The position numbers and the translations under genes are program-made. The notes under the pieces are model-generated. The model was not told where the DNA came from. It saw nothing but the letters and a program-made list of their open reading frames with translations, and did not search any database. A DNA stretch of 64,000 bases from Heptranchias perlo (lineage: Eukaryota). Positions within the stretch are counted from its first letter, which is position 1. Every line of letters begins with the position of its first letter. Where the stretch lies: positions 4,340,001 through 4,404,000 of the forward strand of contig NW_027139581.1 of the NCBI RefSeq assembly GCF_035084215.1, written 5' to 3'. Of this stretch, positions 24,221-36,360 are shown one piece after another.

Positions 24221-26284
24221 GAGGGTGGGAGCATACAATAATTTTTGGTTGGACGCATACGTTTATTCTTGTCAATAGCTATCAGCAGCTGCGTGCAATT
24301 TGTAATGTATCTCCTATTGTGTCGTAATATTCGCGTTGAAAGGCTGGGGATGCAACAATCTTCCAGAGACGATTGGGGATTGAGGGGGTCTATAGAGGAG
24401 GGACAGCGCTATTAGTGGTAAAATCTGTTGTGTGAAAGTTTACGAATGCACACTTGTATTGTGCTGTGCCAATTGATCGCAGTTGTTTTTATGTTAAGGA
24501 TCTTTTTCCTGCAGTATTTTCTAAATAGCTAACACTGATTCTGTTCGGCAGAGCCCGGAACTGTGCACTCACAGCACCGCCGTTTGGGCTGCTGCAGGGT
24601 CCTAAATCCCTCAAACTGCTCTAACTCTCATCTGGTTCAGAGGAACAACTGAAAAGAGCACAATCGAAGTGTTTGCTTTTTGTATATGTGTGTGTGTGTA
24701 CAACAAATATCATTCTTAATGGTTACAAGTACATTCCACATGGATAAATTATTATCTTCACCAATTATTTTCAGCATTTTATTTTCTGTTATTAAAAAAT
24801 GTCATTGCAGATCGTTTTTATCTTTAACATGTATTTATAACTCTTCTTCAGAAAACGATGTCATGCTGACCATTCTGTTACCAAGGCAAGCTTGTCCCAA
24901 GTATTCTGTTGGAAAAGTGATGAGATCACACAATGAATCGCTAAACATATGCTAGAATCATATAAGGTGCGACACTGAAGGCCGCCGTTTGGCAATAGCG
25001 GCGCTTCCTCTTCAAATGTGCCTTCGGATCTCATGTTCCTGCGATTTCCGGTGTATTTTTGATATTTTTCCTCTCAAATACTTAACCAATTCCCTTGTAA
25101 TTAGGATATAGGTTCACCTTCAATCGTCGAGATGGTTAAAACAATCCAGGGACCTTCTGCATGAAAAGAAATCTCCCAGCGCATCCTCCTGCTCTCCTCG
25201 TGATAACACTGATTCCATGCCGCGTGAATGGCCAACCAGTGGAAGCAATCTTTTATTATTTACCCTTTGTGCTCTATGATTCTCGGATGATCTCTCAACT
25301 GTGTTGCTGTTTGGAATATACTATCTTTCAATATTTTTCCCAAAAATGTGTTACTTCACATTTCCTTGCATTCAACAGCATTTGTCACCTGTCTCCTCTT
25401 TCTACCAACCGGCCGATGTCCTGTAATCTTCTGAATTATTTTCATAGCTTTGGGATTATAATTTGGAACCATCAGCAAACTTTGATAGCATTCGTCTTTT
25501 GTCGATATCCAAACCATTTGTGTAAATGTCAATAAAAACAGAAAAACAAAATGGGCCCGAGCACAGATCCCTACAGTCTGCCACTGACCACATCCTGTGA
25601 ATGCAAAAACAAAATCCAGTTACCCCTACACTTTCACTTCAGCCCCTCAGCCACCGCTCTGTCCAGATAGCCACATTCCCTTTACTACCATGTGCCTTGC
25701 TTTTTGCAACAAGTCTCTTATTTGACACCTGAGGAAACGTCTCCTGAAAATCCATAGATAAAAAACAGGCCCTTTCTCTTCATCTATGCTTCAGATGAAA
25801 TCCTCAAGCACAACCTGTACTTGATAGATCCACGCTGTCTGTCCCTGATCAGTCCTCGCCTTTCGAAGTGTTCATTAATATCTTCCCGTATAATGGACTG
25901 CAGCGGTGAAATGTTCCTCTTTCATGTTCCAGGGATAGAGTATTCACTGGGGACGGTGCATTGAGGGAACTCAACGCCTGCTACCATGGAGTCTCTCTGG
26001 TTTATTGTCAAGTGATCATCTCAGCATCACACAAAAGTTCCTGATATAAACCTGGAGTGTGTGATGATTTGTGCAAGTGATGGTAAAAATGAAAGTAAGA
26101 TTAATAAGTGTGTAATTCCCTAACTTAATTATTTCCGTTGATGGGAGGGGAATGCAACACTTGCTACTCTCCAGCGACTTTCGGACTATTTCTGTTTCCA
26201 CAGTCTTTTTTTGACCATTACCTCCACTATTTCCCTCGCAACCTCTTCCAATTTTTTGGATGCGTAACTACAAGGGCCTGCTGA

Positions 26285-27115
26285 ACCGTGGCAGACGAAA
26301 TTCAACGCAGAAAGGTGTGAAGTGATACATTTCTGTGGGAAGAACTAGGAGAAGCAATATAAAGTAAAGGGCACAATTCTAAAAGGAGTGCAGGAATAGA
26401 GAGATATGGGGGTGCACAAATCGTTGAAGGTAGCAGGGCAGGTTGAGAAAGCAGGTTGATAAAGCATAGGGGATCGTGGTCTCTATAAATAGAGGCATGG
26501 AGTACATAGGCAAGGAGGTTGTGATGAACCTTTATAAAACACTGGTTGGACCACAACTGGAATATTGGGTCCAGTTCTGGGCACTGAACTTTAGGAAGGA
26601 TGTGAAGGCCTTAGAGAGGGTGCAGAAAAGATTTACTAGAATGATTCCAGGGATGAGGGACTTTAGTTACCTGCATAGACTGGAAAAGCTGAGGATGTGC
26701 TCCTTAGAGCAGAGATGGTTTAGAGGAGATTTGATAAAGGTATTCAGAATCTTGAAGGCTCTGGAGAGAGTAGATGGAGAGAAACTGTTCCCATTGGCGG
26801 AGCGGTCAAGAATCAGAGTACATAGATTTAAGGCGATTGGCAAAAGAACCAAAGGCGAGATGAGAAAAAACTTTTTTTGACACAGCGAGTGGTTGTGATC
26901 TGGAATGCACTGCCAGAGGGGGTGGTGGAGGCAGATTCAATCATTGCCTTCAAAAGGGAACTGGATAAGTACTTGAAGGGAAAAACATTTCGGGGCTACG
27001 GGCATATGGCAGGGGTGTGGGACTCGCTGGATTGCTCTTATAGACAGCCGGCACGGACTCGACGGGTCGAATGGCCTCCTTCCGTGCTGTAATCTTTCTA
27101 TGATTCCATGATTAT
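26285..27115 (+). mobile_element. CR1 3' fragment
   Basis: LYKTLVGPQLEYWVQFW...ERVQKRFTRMIPG. Confidence 0.9.
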
Positions 27116-27721
27116 GAACGTAGATATTGCCTTCACTAATTTGCCCTATAACTTGTAGAAATGGACCAAAAACAATTGTTGTTTGAATTCGTTGAGAGAT
27201 TTGCATTTCTCTCTCTCTCTTTATTCTGGGTTGTGTTGGGGGAACATGTGTTGCTGATTTTCGGTGCTCAATACTCTAATCTGGGACTTCTATTTCTGTG
27301 ATTATTTACATAAGCGCCTTTGGTTTCGGTGAAATGTTCACGGCAGCAAACCCAGATCATCAAAGTCAGTTATTGATTTGTTTGAACTCACAAATAGGTT
27401 TTATTTTCAGAATATTGACAGTTTGGTCCAAAGAAATAGAAATGTCTCGAACAGTGGCATCAGTGGGTGTTTTGTTCAATTAGAACAGATGTTATTTGTA
27501 TCAAAGGGGAACACGATTAAAATTAAGAACCCAGTTCGGCTGCAGAAATCAATAGAACATTCCTAAAGAGGCTGGTGTTCCTCTGGATGTCAACTTTGTG
27601 GAACATTTAACCCATGTAAAGTTAACAGGTTAAAGCAATGACCAGAGCAATGTTCTACAGACGCATTAATCTCTGAGCTTTTAACATATCGCAACTTGTA
27701 TTTTCAAATGTTGACATTTAA

Positions 27722-29540
27722 AAAGAAAGACTTGCATTTATATAGCGCCTTTCGTGACCTCCGGACGTCCCAAAGGGCTTTGCAGCCCATGAAGTACTTC
27801 TGAAGTGTGGTCACTGTTGAATGTCGGAAATACGGCAGCCAATTTGCGCACAGCAAGATCCCACAAACAGCAATGAGATAATGAATACTGAACGAGAGGG
27901 ATAGAGGGAGCAATAGAGAGAATGGGAGAGAGTGAGAAACGGAAGAAGTGGGAGAGACAGAAGGAAACAGACAGAGAGAGGGAGAGACAGGGAAAAACAG
28001 AGATGGAGAGAGAGAGAGACAGGGGGAGACAGAAAAGGGAGATAGGGGCAACAGTGAGAGAGAGAAAGAATGAGAAAGGTAGGTGGAAACAGAAAGGCAG
28101 AGGAAGAGATGGGGAAACAGTTAGGGAGAGAGCAAGATGGAGAAAGATACAGCAGCCAATTTTTGAACAGTAAGATCCCACATGGAGCAATGAGATAAAT
28201 GACCAGATGATCTGTTTCAGTGATGTTGATTTAGTGATAAACATTGGAGCAGGAGAAACCCCCTGCTCTTCTTCAAAATAGTATCATGGGATTTTTCACG
28301 TCCACCTGGGAGGACAGACAGTGCCTCAATTTATCGTCTCATCCAAAAGAATGCACTTCCGACAGTGCAGCACTCCTCCGGTACTGCACTGGATTGTCAT
28401 CCAATATTGGGCTCAATTCTCTGCCTTTGGCCCATATCCCTGAACACCTTTGGTTGCCAAAAAGCTATCTATCTCAGATTTAAACTTAGCAATTGAGCTG
28501 AGATAGATTTGTCTTACACTGACCCGTTTCCTCAACTACTTCTTACAACATTCTAACCACTCTTTGAGTAAAGAAGTTTCCCCTGAATTCCCTATTGGAT
28601 TTATTAGTGACTATCTTATATGTATGGTCCCTTGTTCTGGACTCCCCCGCAAGTGGAATCATCTTCTCCATATCTACCCTATCAAACCCTCTCATAATCT
28701 TAAAGACCTCTGTCAGGTGACCCCTCAGTCTTCTCTATTTTACGGAAGAGAGCCTCAGCCTGTTCAATTTTTCCTGAGGTTCAACCTCTCGATTGTGGTA
28801 TGAGCCTAGTGAATCTTTTCTGCACCTTCTCCAGTGCCCCATAGCCTTATTATAATATGGAGATCAGAACTGTTCATAGGACTCCAAGTGTGGTCTAACC
28901 AAGGTTCTATACAAGTTTAACATAAATTTTCTGCATTCCAAATCTACTCCTCTAGAAATGAACCCCAGTGCTTGGTTTGCTTTTTTATGGCCTTAATAAC
29001 CTGCATCACTACTTTTAGTGATTTGTGTATCTTTACCCCCAGGTCCCTCTGCTCCTCTCCCCCATTTAGATTCTTATTTGCCAAGGAGTATGTGACCTCC
29101 TTATTCTTCCTATCTAAATGTACCACCTCACACTTCTCTCTATTGAAATTCATTTGCCAATTACTCGCCCATTCTGCAGGTTCCTGTTTTATGTCGCAGG
29201 AGTGCTGTCCTATCGGAGGGGCAGTCCGGATGGAGTGCTGCACTGTCGGAGGTGCCGTGTTTCTGATAAGAGTTTACCCAGGTGGGTGTAAAAGATTCCC
29301 CGGGACTATTGGAGGAAGAGATGGGAAGTTCTCCCTTGTGTCCTGGGCCCAATATTTATCCTTCCACTGCAACAGATTATCTGGTCATTTATCTCATTGC
29401 TGTTTGTGGATCCTTGCTGTGCGCAAATGACTGCCGCCTTTCCTACATAACAACAGTTCAAAGGTACTTCTTTGTCTGCAACGCGCTTTGGGCCATCCTG
29501 AGGTCGTGACAGGCGCGATTTTACATGCAAGTCTTTATTA
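27722..29540. mobile_element. Two Deu-type SINEs in opposite orientation (the left one split by a GA-rich tract) around a CR1 fragment (28410-29180, minus)
   Basis: SINE sequence matches 6685-7112, and CR1 peptides appear in the ORF track. Confidence 0.75.
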
Positions 29541-29959
29541 TGGTTTGAATGAGTTCAAACAGCCTGCATCGAGGCCATCAAAGGGCTCAGATGTTGCATT
29601 TCCACATCTATGTGGGAGAAACATAAATTAAAGAGAAAAAGACGGAAAGACACACGCACAGATGTGCTACAGACACTCCTCTCTCTCCCTTAGTGGCAAT
29701 TTTACATTGGCCATTTCCGGTCACCGAGTACCTAACTGGAGGAAATTGTCTTTTTCCTAATCACCTTTTCAATGCAATTCATAATTTTAAAACTTTTGTT
29801 AAATTTCCGTTTAGGCTTATCTTCTGCAGTGGAAATAGTTGCAGATTCTAATGTATCTCCTCACACGATAGCGTGCCGTGCCTGGTATCATCCTGGTGAA
29901 TCTACACTGTATATTCTGTATGGCTTTGGTGTCCTTTTTACAATGGGACTCCCAAAACG

Positions 29960-30195
29960 ATGAAATAAAAACAGAAAATGCTGGAAATACTCAGGAGGCC
30001 AGGCAGCATCCGTGGAGAAAGAAACAGAGATAACGTTTCAGGTAGATAGACTTCTTCCAGTTCTGACAAAAGGCTGTCGACCTGAAACGTTAACTCTGTT
30101 TCTCTCTCCACAGATGCTGCCTGACCTGCTGAGTATTTCCAGCATTTTCCGTTCATATTTCAGATTTCCAGCATTCGCAGAATTTTACTTTTGAT
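29960..30195. mobile_element. Palindromic hairpin element, probably Penelope-related
   Basis: Arms AAATGCTGGAAATACTCAG...AACGTTTCAGGT and ACCTGAAACGTT...CTGAGTATTTCCAGCATTT are reverse complements. Confidence 0.7.
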
Positions 30196-30959
30196 TTCGC
30201 CCAAAACTATGAGATGTTTATTGTCCACCCGAACCACCAGAACAGGTACATAGGATGCCAGTTTAATGGGCTATTCGAGTAACCGCACCTACGTCTATGC
30301 AGCTTTTATAATGAGTGCTCTAAGTTCTAGGTCAGAAAGTTGACATCAGCCCAGAACCTCTGATGCGGAGATCATAGTGGTAACTACTGATGGTCACACA
30401 AAGAGCCAAACTCAAGTTACTTTATTTTTGTCGGTATCATAGAATCTGCCAATTTACAGCAGGGAGGCAGGTCCTGTTTGGTGCTACTGGCTGTTCACCT
30501 GGAATTGTTTACTGCAATCCCATTTTTCTGCCCTTTCCCTATATCATTTTTATAGCCTCCATTTTTAAAAGCCTCTCAATTTCTGTGTGGCCATTCCCGT
30601 GCCTCCCTAACTGTTTCTCAATGTATTCATGTATCTCCTTTACCTATCACTATTTCTGTGTCACCTCTGTCTTTCGTTCTTTCTATCCATCCATTTCTTT
30701 CTTTCTGTCTTTCTTTCTTTAATTGGTGTTTTATTCTCGACTCAGTATCCACTCTTGGCAAAGCGTTTTACTTTATGATTAACCTTCTTTACCAACAGAT
30801 TTTTTTCTGTCCCCTGTTCTTCCAGTGATAATCTTCAGCCGATCTCCCCTTTCACTGAATGTGTTAAAACCAAGTTCATATTTTATTCTTTAAACTGAAA
30901 TGGAGGTAAATACAGTTTTGAACTATAATGGAGATATTCCGGTTATCGAGCTGTTCGGG

Positions 30960-31260
30960 TCAGCCCGCCCACAGAGACAGGAAGTCTGTTCAGGTTGAAA
31001 ACATAAAGCTGCTGCCTTTGATTTCATTCTGAGTCAACACACTTCCTGTTTTTCTGCTGCCTGCTCGAAACCACACATCTCACTTCTGAGCAAAAAATAA
31101 ATACAGGAGCCATAATCTGATGGCAACATCTTACAGCGCGGTCTAAATATGGCCGCAGGGTCGGTGCAGAAGGACAGAGATAAGCATTGCGGTGATATTT
31201 GCAAATGAGCCATTCTCTGTTCGAGTCTCCATTGAGGACATGACTGGCGGTATCTTTGGA
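30960..31260. promoter_or_regulatory. Candidate lymphoid enhancer (AICE, ETS, RUNX, MEF2/CArG, octamer-like)
   Basis: TTTCattcTGAGTCA (31022-31036), CACTTCCTGTTT (31040-31051), AACCACA (31069-31075), CTAAATATGG (31143-31152), TTGCAAATGAG (31199-31209) and ACAGGAAGT (30977-30985). Confidence 0.5.
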
Positions 31261-33167
31261 AACAGTCACTCAGCTTCCTCTGGTATCTGAAGCAGTGACC
31301 TGATGGTTCGCTGCCTTTCATTTCATGTCTTTCTCTCTATTACTTATTTCTCTATTCCTCAGCTTTTTTCCCTCTCGCTCCCTCCTGACTCTTTCTATTT
31401 TTAAGTCCCTTTCTCCCTCTTTTTCTCTTTCTTAGTTTTTCCTTCTCTGTTTGTCCCTCGTTCTCCCTGTATTTCTCTCCATCTCAGTGTATCGATTCCT
31501 TTGTCTCCCGAACTGTTTCTCTCTGTATTTATATCTCGCCTTGTCCCATCACCATTTCTGTGTCTACCACTGTCTTTCATTATTTCACTCTCTCTCTGTT
31601 TCTGTCACTATTTCATTCTTTCTTTCTTGTATCTTTTTGCCTCTGTCGTATTTTTTTCTATCCTTCTCTCCCTAACGCTCTCAGTATCTCTCTGTCCTTG
31701 TTGCTGTATAATAAACTGAGGCCCGTCTGCCCTCTCAAGTGGACATAAAGATTTCCGCGGCATATTTAGGGAGGTTCTCTCGCTGTCCTTTCCAACAGAT
31801 ACAAAAAGTAATCACAAAGGTTATTGGAAAGTTGGCTTTTATCTCAAGGGGACTGGAATTCAAGGGGGTGGAAGTTATGTTCCAGCTGTACAGAGCTCAG
31901 GTTATACCCCATCGGTGGTACTGCATTCAGATCTGGGCACTTCAACTCAGGAAGGATATATTGGCCTTGGAGCGGGTGCAGCGCAGATTCACCAGAATGA
32001 TACTTTTTCCCATTCCTGGGATGTGGGCATTTATTGCCCATCGCCAGTGGGTGGGGGCGGGCGGTCTTCTTCTTGAACCGCTGCAGTCCTATTCGTTCTT
32101 GCTGTCTGATACAACTAAGTGGCTCGCTCGGCCACTTGACAAGGCAGTTAAGAGTCCACCAGGTTGCTGTGGGATTGGAGTTGCATTTGGCCAGACCGGT
32201 AAAGGGCGGCAGATTCCCTTCCCTAAAGGCCTTTAGGGAACCAGTTGGGTTTTTACAACAATCCGATAGCTTCATGGTTACTTTTACTGAGATCAGATTT
32301 TCATTTAGTGTTTAAACAACTGAATTCAAATTCTCAATCTTTCATATTTGAACTCATGTTCTCTGAATTAATCGTCCAGGCCTCTGTATTACCAGTCCAG
32401 GAACATAATCACCACACTACCGTGCCCCTAATTATTACACTGCACCCTCTTTCTGCTGTTGTAACGCAACCATGCCTTCATTATTGTTGTTATTTTTATT
32501 ATTTTTATTATTATTATTCGAATAGATTCTGTCTCTCCTTCATTACACTGGACCCTGGCCTCTGTTATTACTATGATATCAAAACCCTCTGCCCTTGTAT
32601 TTCAGTGGTTCTTTGTTGTTGTAACAGTAAACCCTCCCTCTGCTCTTATTGCACTAGACCCTGTTCTGTTTTGTTACACTAGACCCTGGGGTAGATTTTA
32701 GTTGTCATGGCCTGGAACTAAAGTCAGGCGGGTTCTCCAAAGGCCGTGCGATCCATTCAGCAGATTAACTCCCAGGTAGTGATGACGGAAGTCTTCCCCA
32801 ATCTCTGCTATCGTTACACTAAACATCCTGTCTGTTAAACCAGAGGATGAGTTTGTGAATTTTATCGGAGAACAATGCATCTGTTATTGTTACTGTCGAC
32901 AATTCTTACACCAGACCTCCCTTTGTTGTGGTTACACTAAAAACCCTGGGAGTAATTTTCACCTTCATCGCCTGGATAGTAATTCATTTCCTGTGAACAA
33001 ACACCATAATCTGTTTAATCTCTGTTCATATTACACTAAGCTCTGCCTCAATTATTAATGCACTAGACCATGTCTCTGTTTATACTGCACCAGGCCCTGC
33101 CTCAGATATTACTGCACTCGACCCGGTGTCTTTTTATATTACACTGCACCCTGTCTCAGTTATTACT

Positions 33168-34140
33168 GCCCAACCATCTTCAGCAGCTTCATCAATGACC
33201 TTCCCTCCATCGCAAGGTCAGAAATGAGAATATTCGCTGATGATTGCACAGTGTTCAGTTCCATTCGCAACTCCTCAAGGAATGAAGCACTCCTTTCCCG
33301 CATGCAGCAAGACCTGGACAACATCCAGGCTTGGGCTGATAACTGGCAATTAGCATTCGCGCCAGACAAGTGTCAGGCAATGACCATCGCCAACAAGAGA
33401 GAGTCTAACCGCCTCCACTTGACATTCAACGACATTACCATTCGGTGGCCGAATCCCCCACCATCAACATCCTGGGGGTCTCCATTGACCAGAAACTTAA
33501 CTGGAACAGCCGCATAAATACTGTGGCTACAAGAGCAGGTCAGACGCTGGGTATTCTGTGGCGAGTGACTCACCTCCTGACTCCCCAAAGCCTTTCCACC
33601 ATCTACAAGGCACAAGTCAGGAGTATGATGGATTACTCTCCACTTGCCTGTATGAGTGCAGCTCCAACAACACTTAAGAAGATCGACACCATCAAGGACA
33701 AAGCAGCCCGCTTGATTGGCACCTCATCCACCTCCCTGAACATTCACTCCCTTCACCACCAGCGCACCGTGGCTGCAGTGTGTACCATCCACAGGATGCA
33801 CTGCAGCAACTCGCCAAGGCTTCTTCGACAGCTCCTCCCAAACCCGCGACCTCTACCACCTAGAAGGACAAGGGCAGCAGGCGCATGGGAACAACACAAC
33901 CTGCACGTTCCCCTCCAAGTCACACACCATCCCGACTTGGAAATATATCGCCGTTCCTTCATCGTCGCTGGGTCAAAATCCTGGAACTCCCTTCTTAACA
34001 GCACTGTGGGAGAAGCTTCACCACACGGACTGCAGCGGTTCAAGAAGGCAGCTCACCACCACCTTCTCAAGGGCAATTAGGGATGGGTAATAAATGCTGG
34101 CCGAGCCAGCGAAGCCCGCATCCCATGAACTAATAAAAGG
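33168..34140 (+). mobile_element. 5'-truncated CR1-clade LINE
   Basis: IFADDCTV RT motif and IYKAQVRSMMDYSP, with an A-rich end. Confidence 0.9.
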
Positions 34141-34771
34141 AAAGACAAGGTGTCTGTTTATATTACACTACACCCTGCCTCATTTATTATTGCACTCGAC
34201 CAGGTGTCTGTTGAAATTACACTGCATCCTGCCTCAATTCTTACTGCAATACACCAGGTGTCTGTTTTTATTACACTACCGCCTGCCTCAGTTATTCCTG
34301 CACTAGACCCTGACTCTGTTTATATTACACTGCATCCTGCCTCAATTCTTACTGCATTAGACCAGGTGACTGTTTATATTACACTACAGCCTGCCTCAGT
34401 TATTCCTGCACTAGACCCTGACTCTGTTTATATTACACTGCATCCTGCCTCAATTCTTACTGCATTAGACCAGGTGTCTGTTTATATTACACTACAGCCT
34501 GCCTCAGTTATTCCTGCACTAGACCCTGTTTCTGTTTATATTACACTGCATCCTGCCTCAATTCTTACTGCATTAGACCAGGTGTCTGTTTATATTACAC
34601 TACACCCTGCCTCAGTTATTCCTGCACTAGACCCTGACTCTGTTTGTATTACACTGCATTCTGCCTCAATTCTTACTGCATTAGACCAGGTGTCTGTTCA
34701 TATTACACTACACCCTGCCTCAGTTATTCCTGCACGAGACCCTGACTCTGTTTGTATTACACCAGACCATG

Positions 34772-35760
34772 TATCATAGTATCATAGTACCATAGTAAGG
34801 ACAGCAAAGGACGCCATTCGGCCCATTGTGCCTGCGCCGGCTCTTTGAAAGAGCTATCCAATTGATCCCATTTCCCAGCTCTTTCGACATAGCCCAGTAA
34901 TTTATTTCCCTTCAATTATTTATCCAATTCCCTTTTGAAAGTTATGATTCAATCTACTTCCACCACCCTTTCAGGCAGCGCATTCCAGGTATGTAACAAC
35001 TCGCTGCGTCAAAAAATGATTCCTCATGTCGCTTCTGGCTCTTCTACTGATCACCTTAAATCTGTATCCTCTGGTTACCGACCTTTCTGCCATTGGAAAG
35101 AGTTTCTCCTTATTTACTCTATCAGAACCGTTCATGATTTTGAACACATCTATCAAATCTCTTCTTAACCTTCTCTCTTACAAGGAGAACAACCCCAGCA
35201 TCTTCAATCTCTTCACATAACTGAAGTCCCTCACCCCTGGCACCATTCTAGTAAATCTCTTCTGAACCCTCTCCAAGACCTTGACATCCTTCCTTCAGTG
35301 TGGTGCCAAGAATTGAACGCAATACTCCAGCTGCGGCTTAACGAGTGTTTTATAAAGGTTTAGCATAACTTTCTTATTTTTGTACTCTCAGCCTCTATTA
35401 AAAAAGCCGAGGGCCCCATATGCTTTTTAAAAGCCTTTTCAACTTGTTCTGCCACCTGCGAAGATTTGTGTGCATACACCCTCGGTTTTGTCTGTTCATG
35501 TACCCCCTTTAAAATTGTATCATTTCGTTCATATTTCTTCTCCTCATTCTGCCTACCAAAATGTATCACATCACACTTCTCGACGTTAAATTTCATCTGC
35601 CATGTGTCTGCCCATTTCACCAGTGTGTCCTTGTCCTCCTGAAGTCTGTTACTACCCTCCGCATTGTTTACTACATTTCCGAGTTTCGTGACATCAGCAA
35701 ACTTTGAAATAATACCCTCTACACCCAAGCTTAGGTCATTAATATATTACAAAAAGTAGT
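34772..35760 (-). mobile_element. 5'-truncated CR1
   Basis: ISKFADVTKLG and an (ACTATGAT)n tail at the left end. Confidence 0.9.
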
Positions 35761-36360
35761 TTGATGTCTCAGTTATTAATGCAATAGACCATGTCTCTGT
35801 TTAAATTACACTGGGCACTGTCTCAGTTATTATTGCAATAGGCCATGTCTCAATTTATGTTACATTTCCCCCTGTCTCAGTTATTACAGCACAAGATCAT
35901 GTCTCTGATTATATTATACTGGACCCAATCTCAATTATTACTTCACTGGACATATGTCTCAGCCATTGCTTCAGTAGACCACGGCTCAGTTAATACTCCA
36001 CTAGGCCATGACTCTGTTTATATTACACTAGGCGCTGTCTCAGTTATTACTGCACTCGACCATGTTCTGTTGATAATACACTACATCTTGGCTCAGTTTT
36101 CACTGCACTAATCCACGTCTCTGTTTATATTACACTGGACCATGCCTCAGTTAGTACTGCAATAAACCATGTCTCTTTTTATAATACACCTGACGATGTC
36201 TCAGTTATTACCTCAATAGACCATGTGTCATTTTATATCACACTAGATACTGTCTCAGTTATTACGGCATTAGGCCAAGTATCTGGTTATATTACACGAG
36301 ACCATGTCTCTGTTTACATTATACTAGGCCCTCGCTCAGTTATTTCTGCACTAGTACATG

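Noticed and set aside
34150-34779. 209-aa periodic ORF
   Set aside because: Translation of the 54/108-bp satellite.
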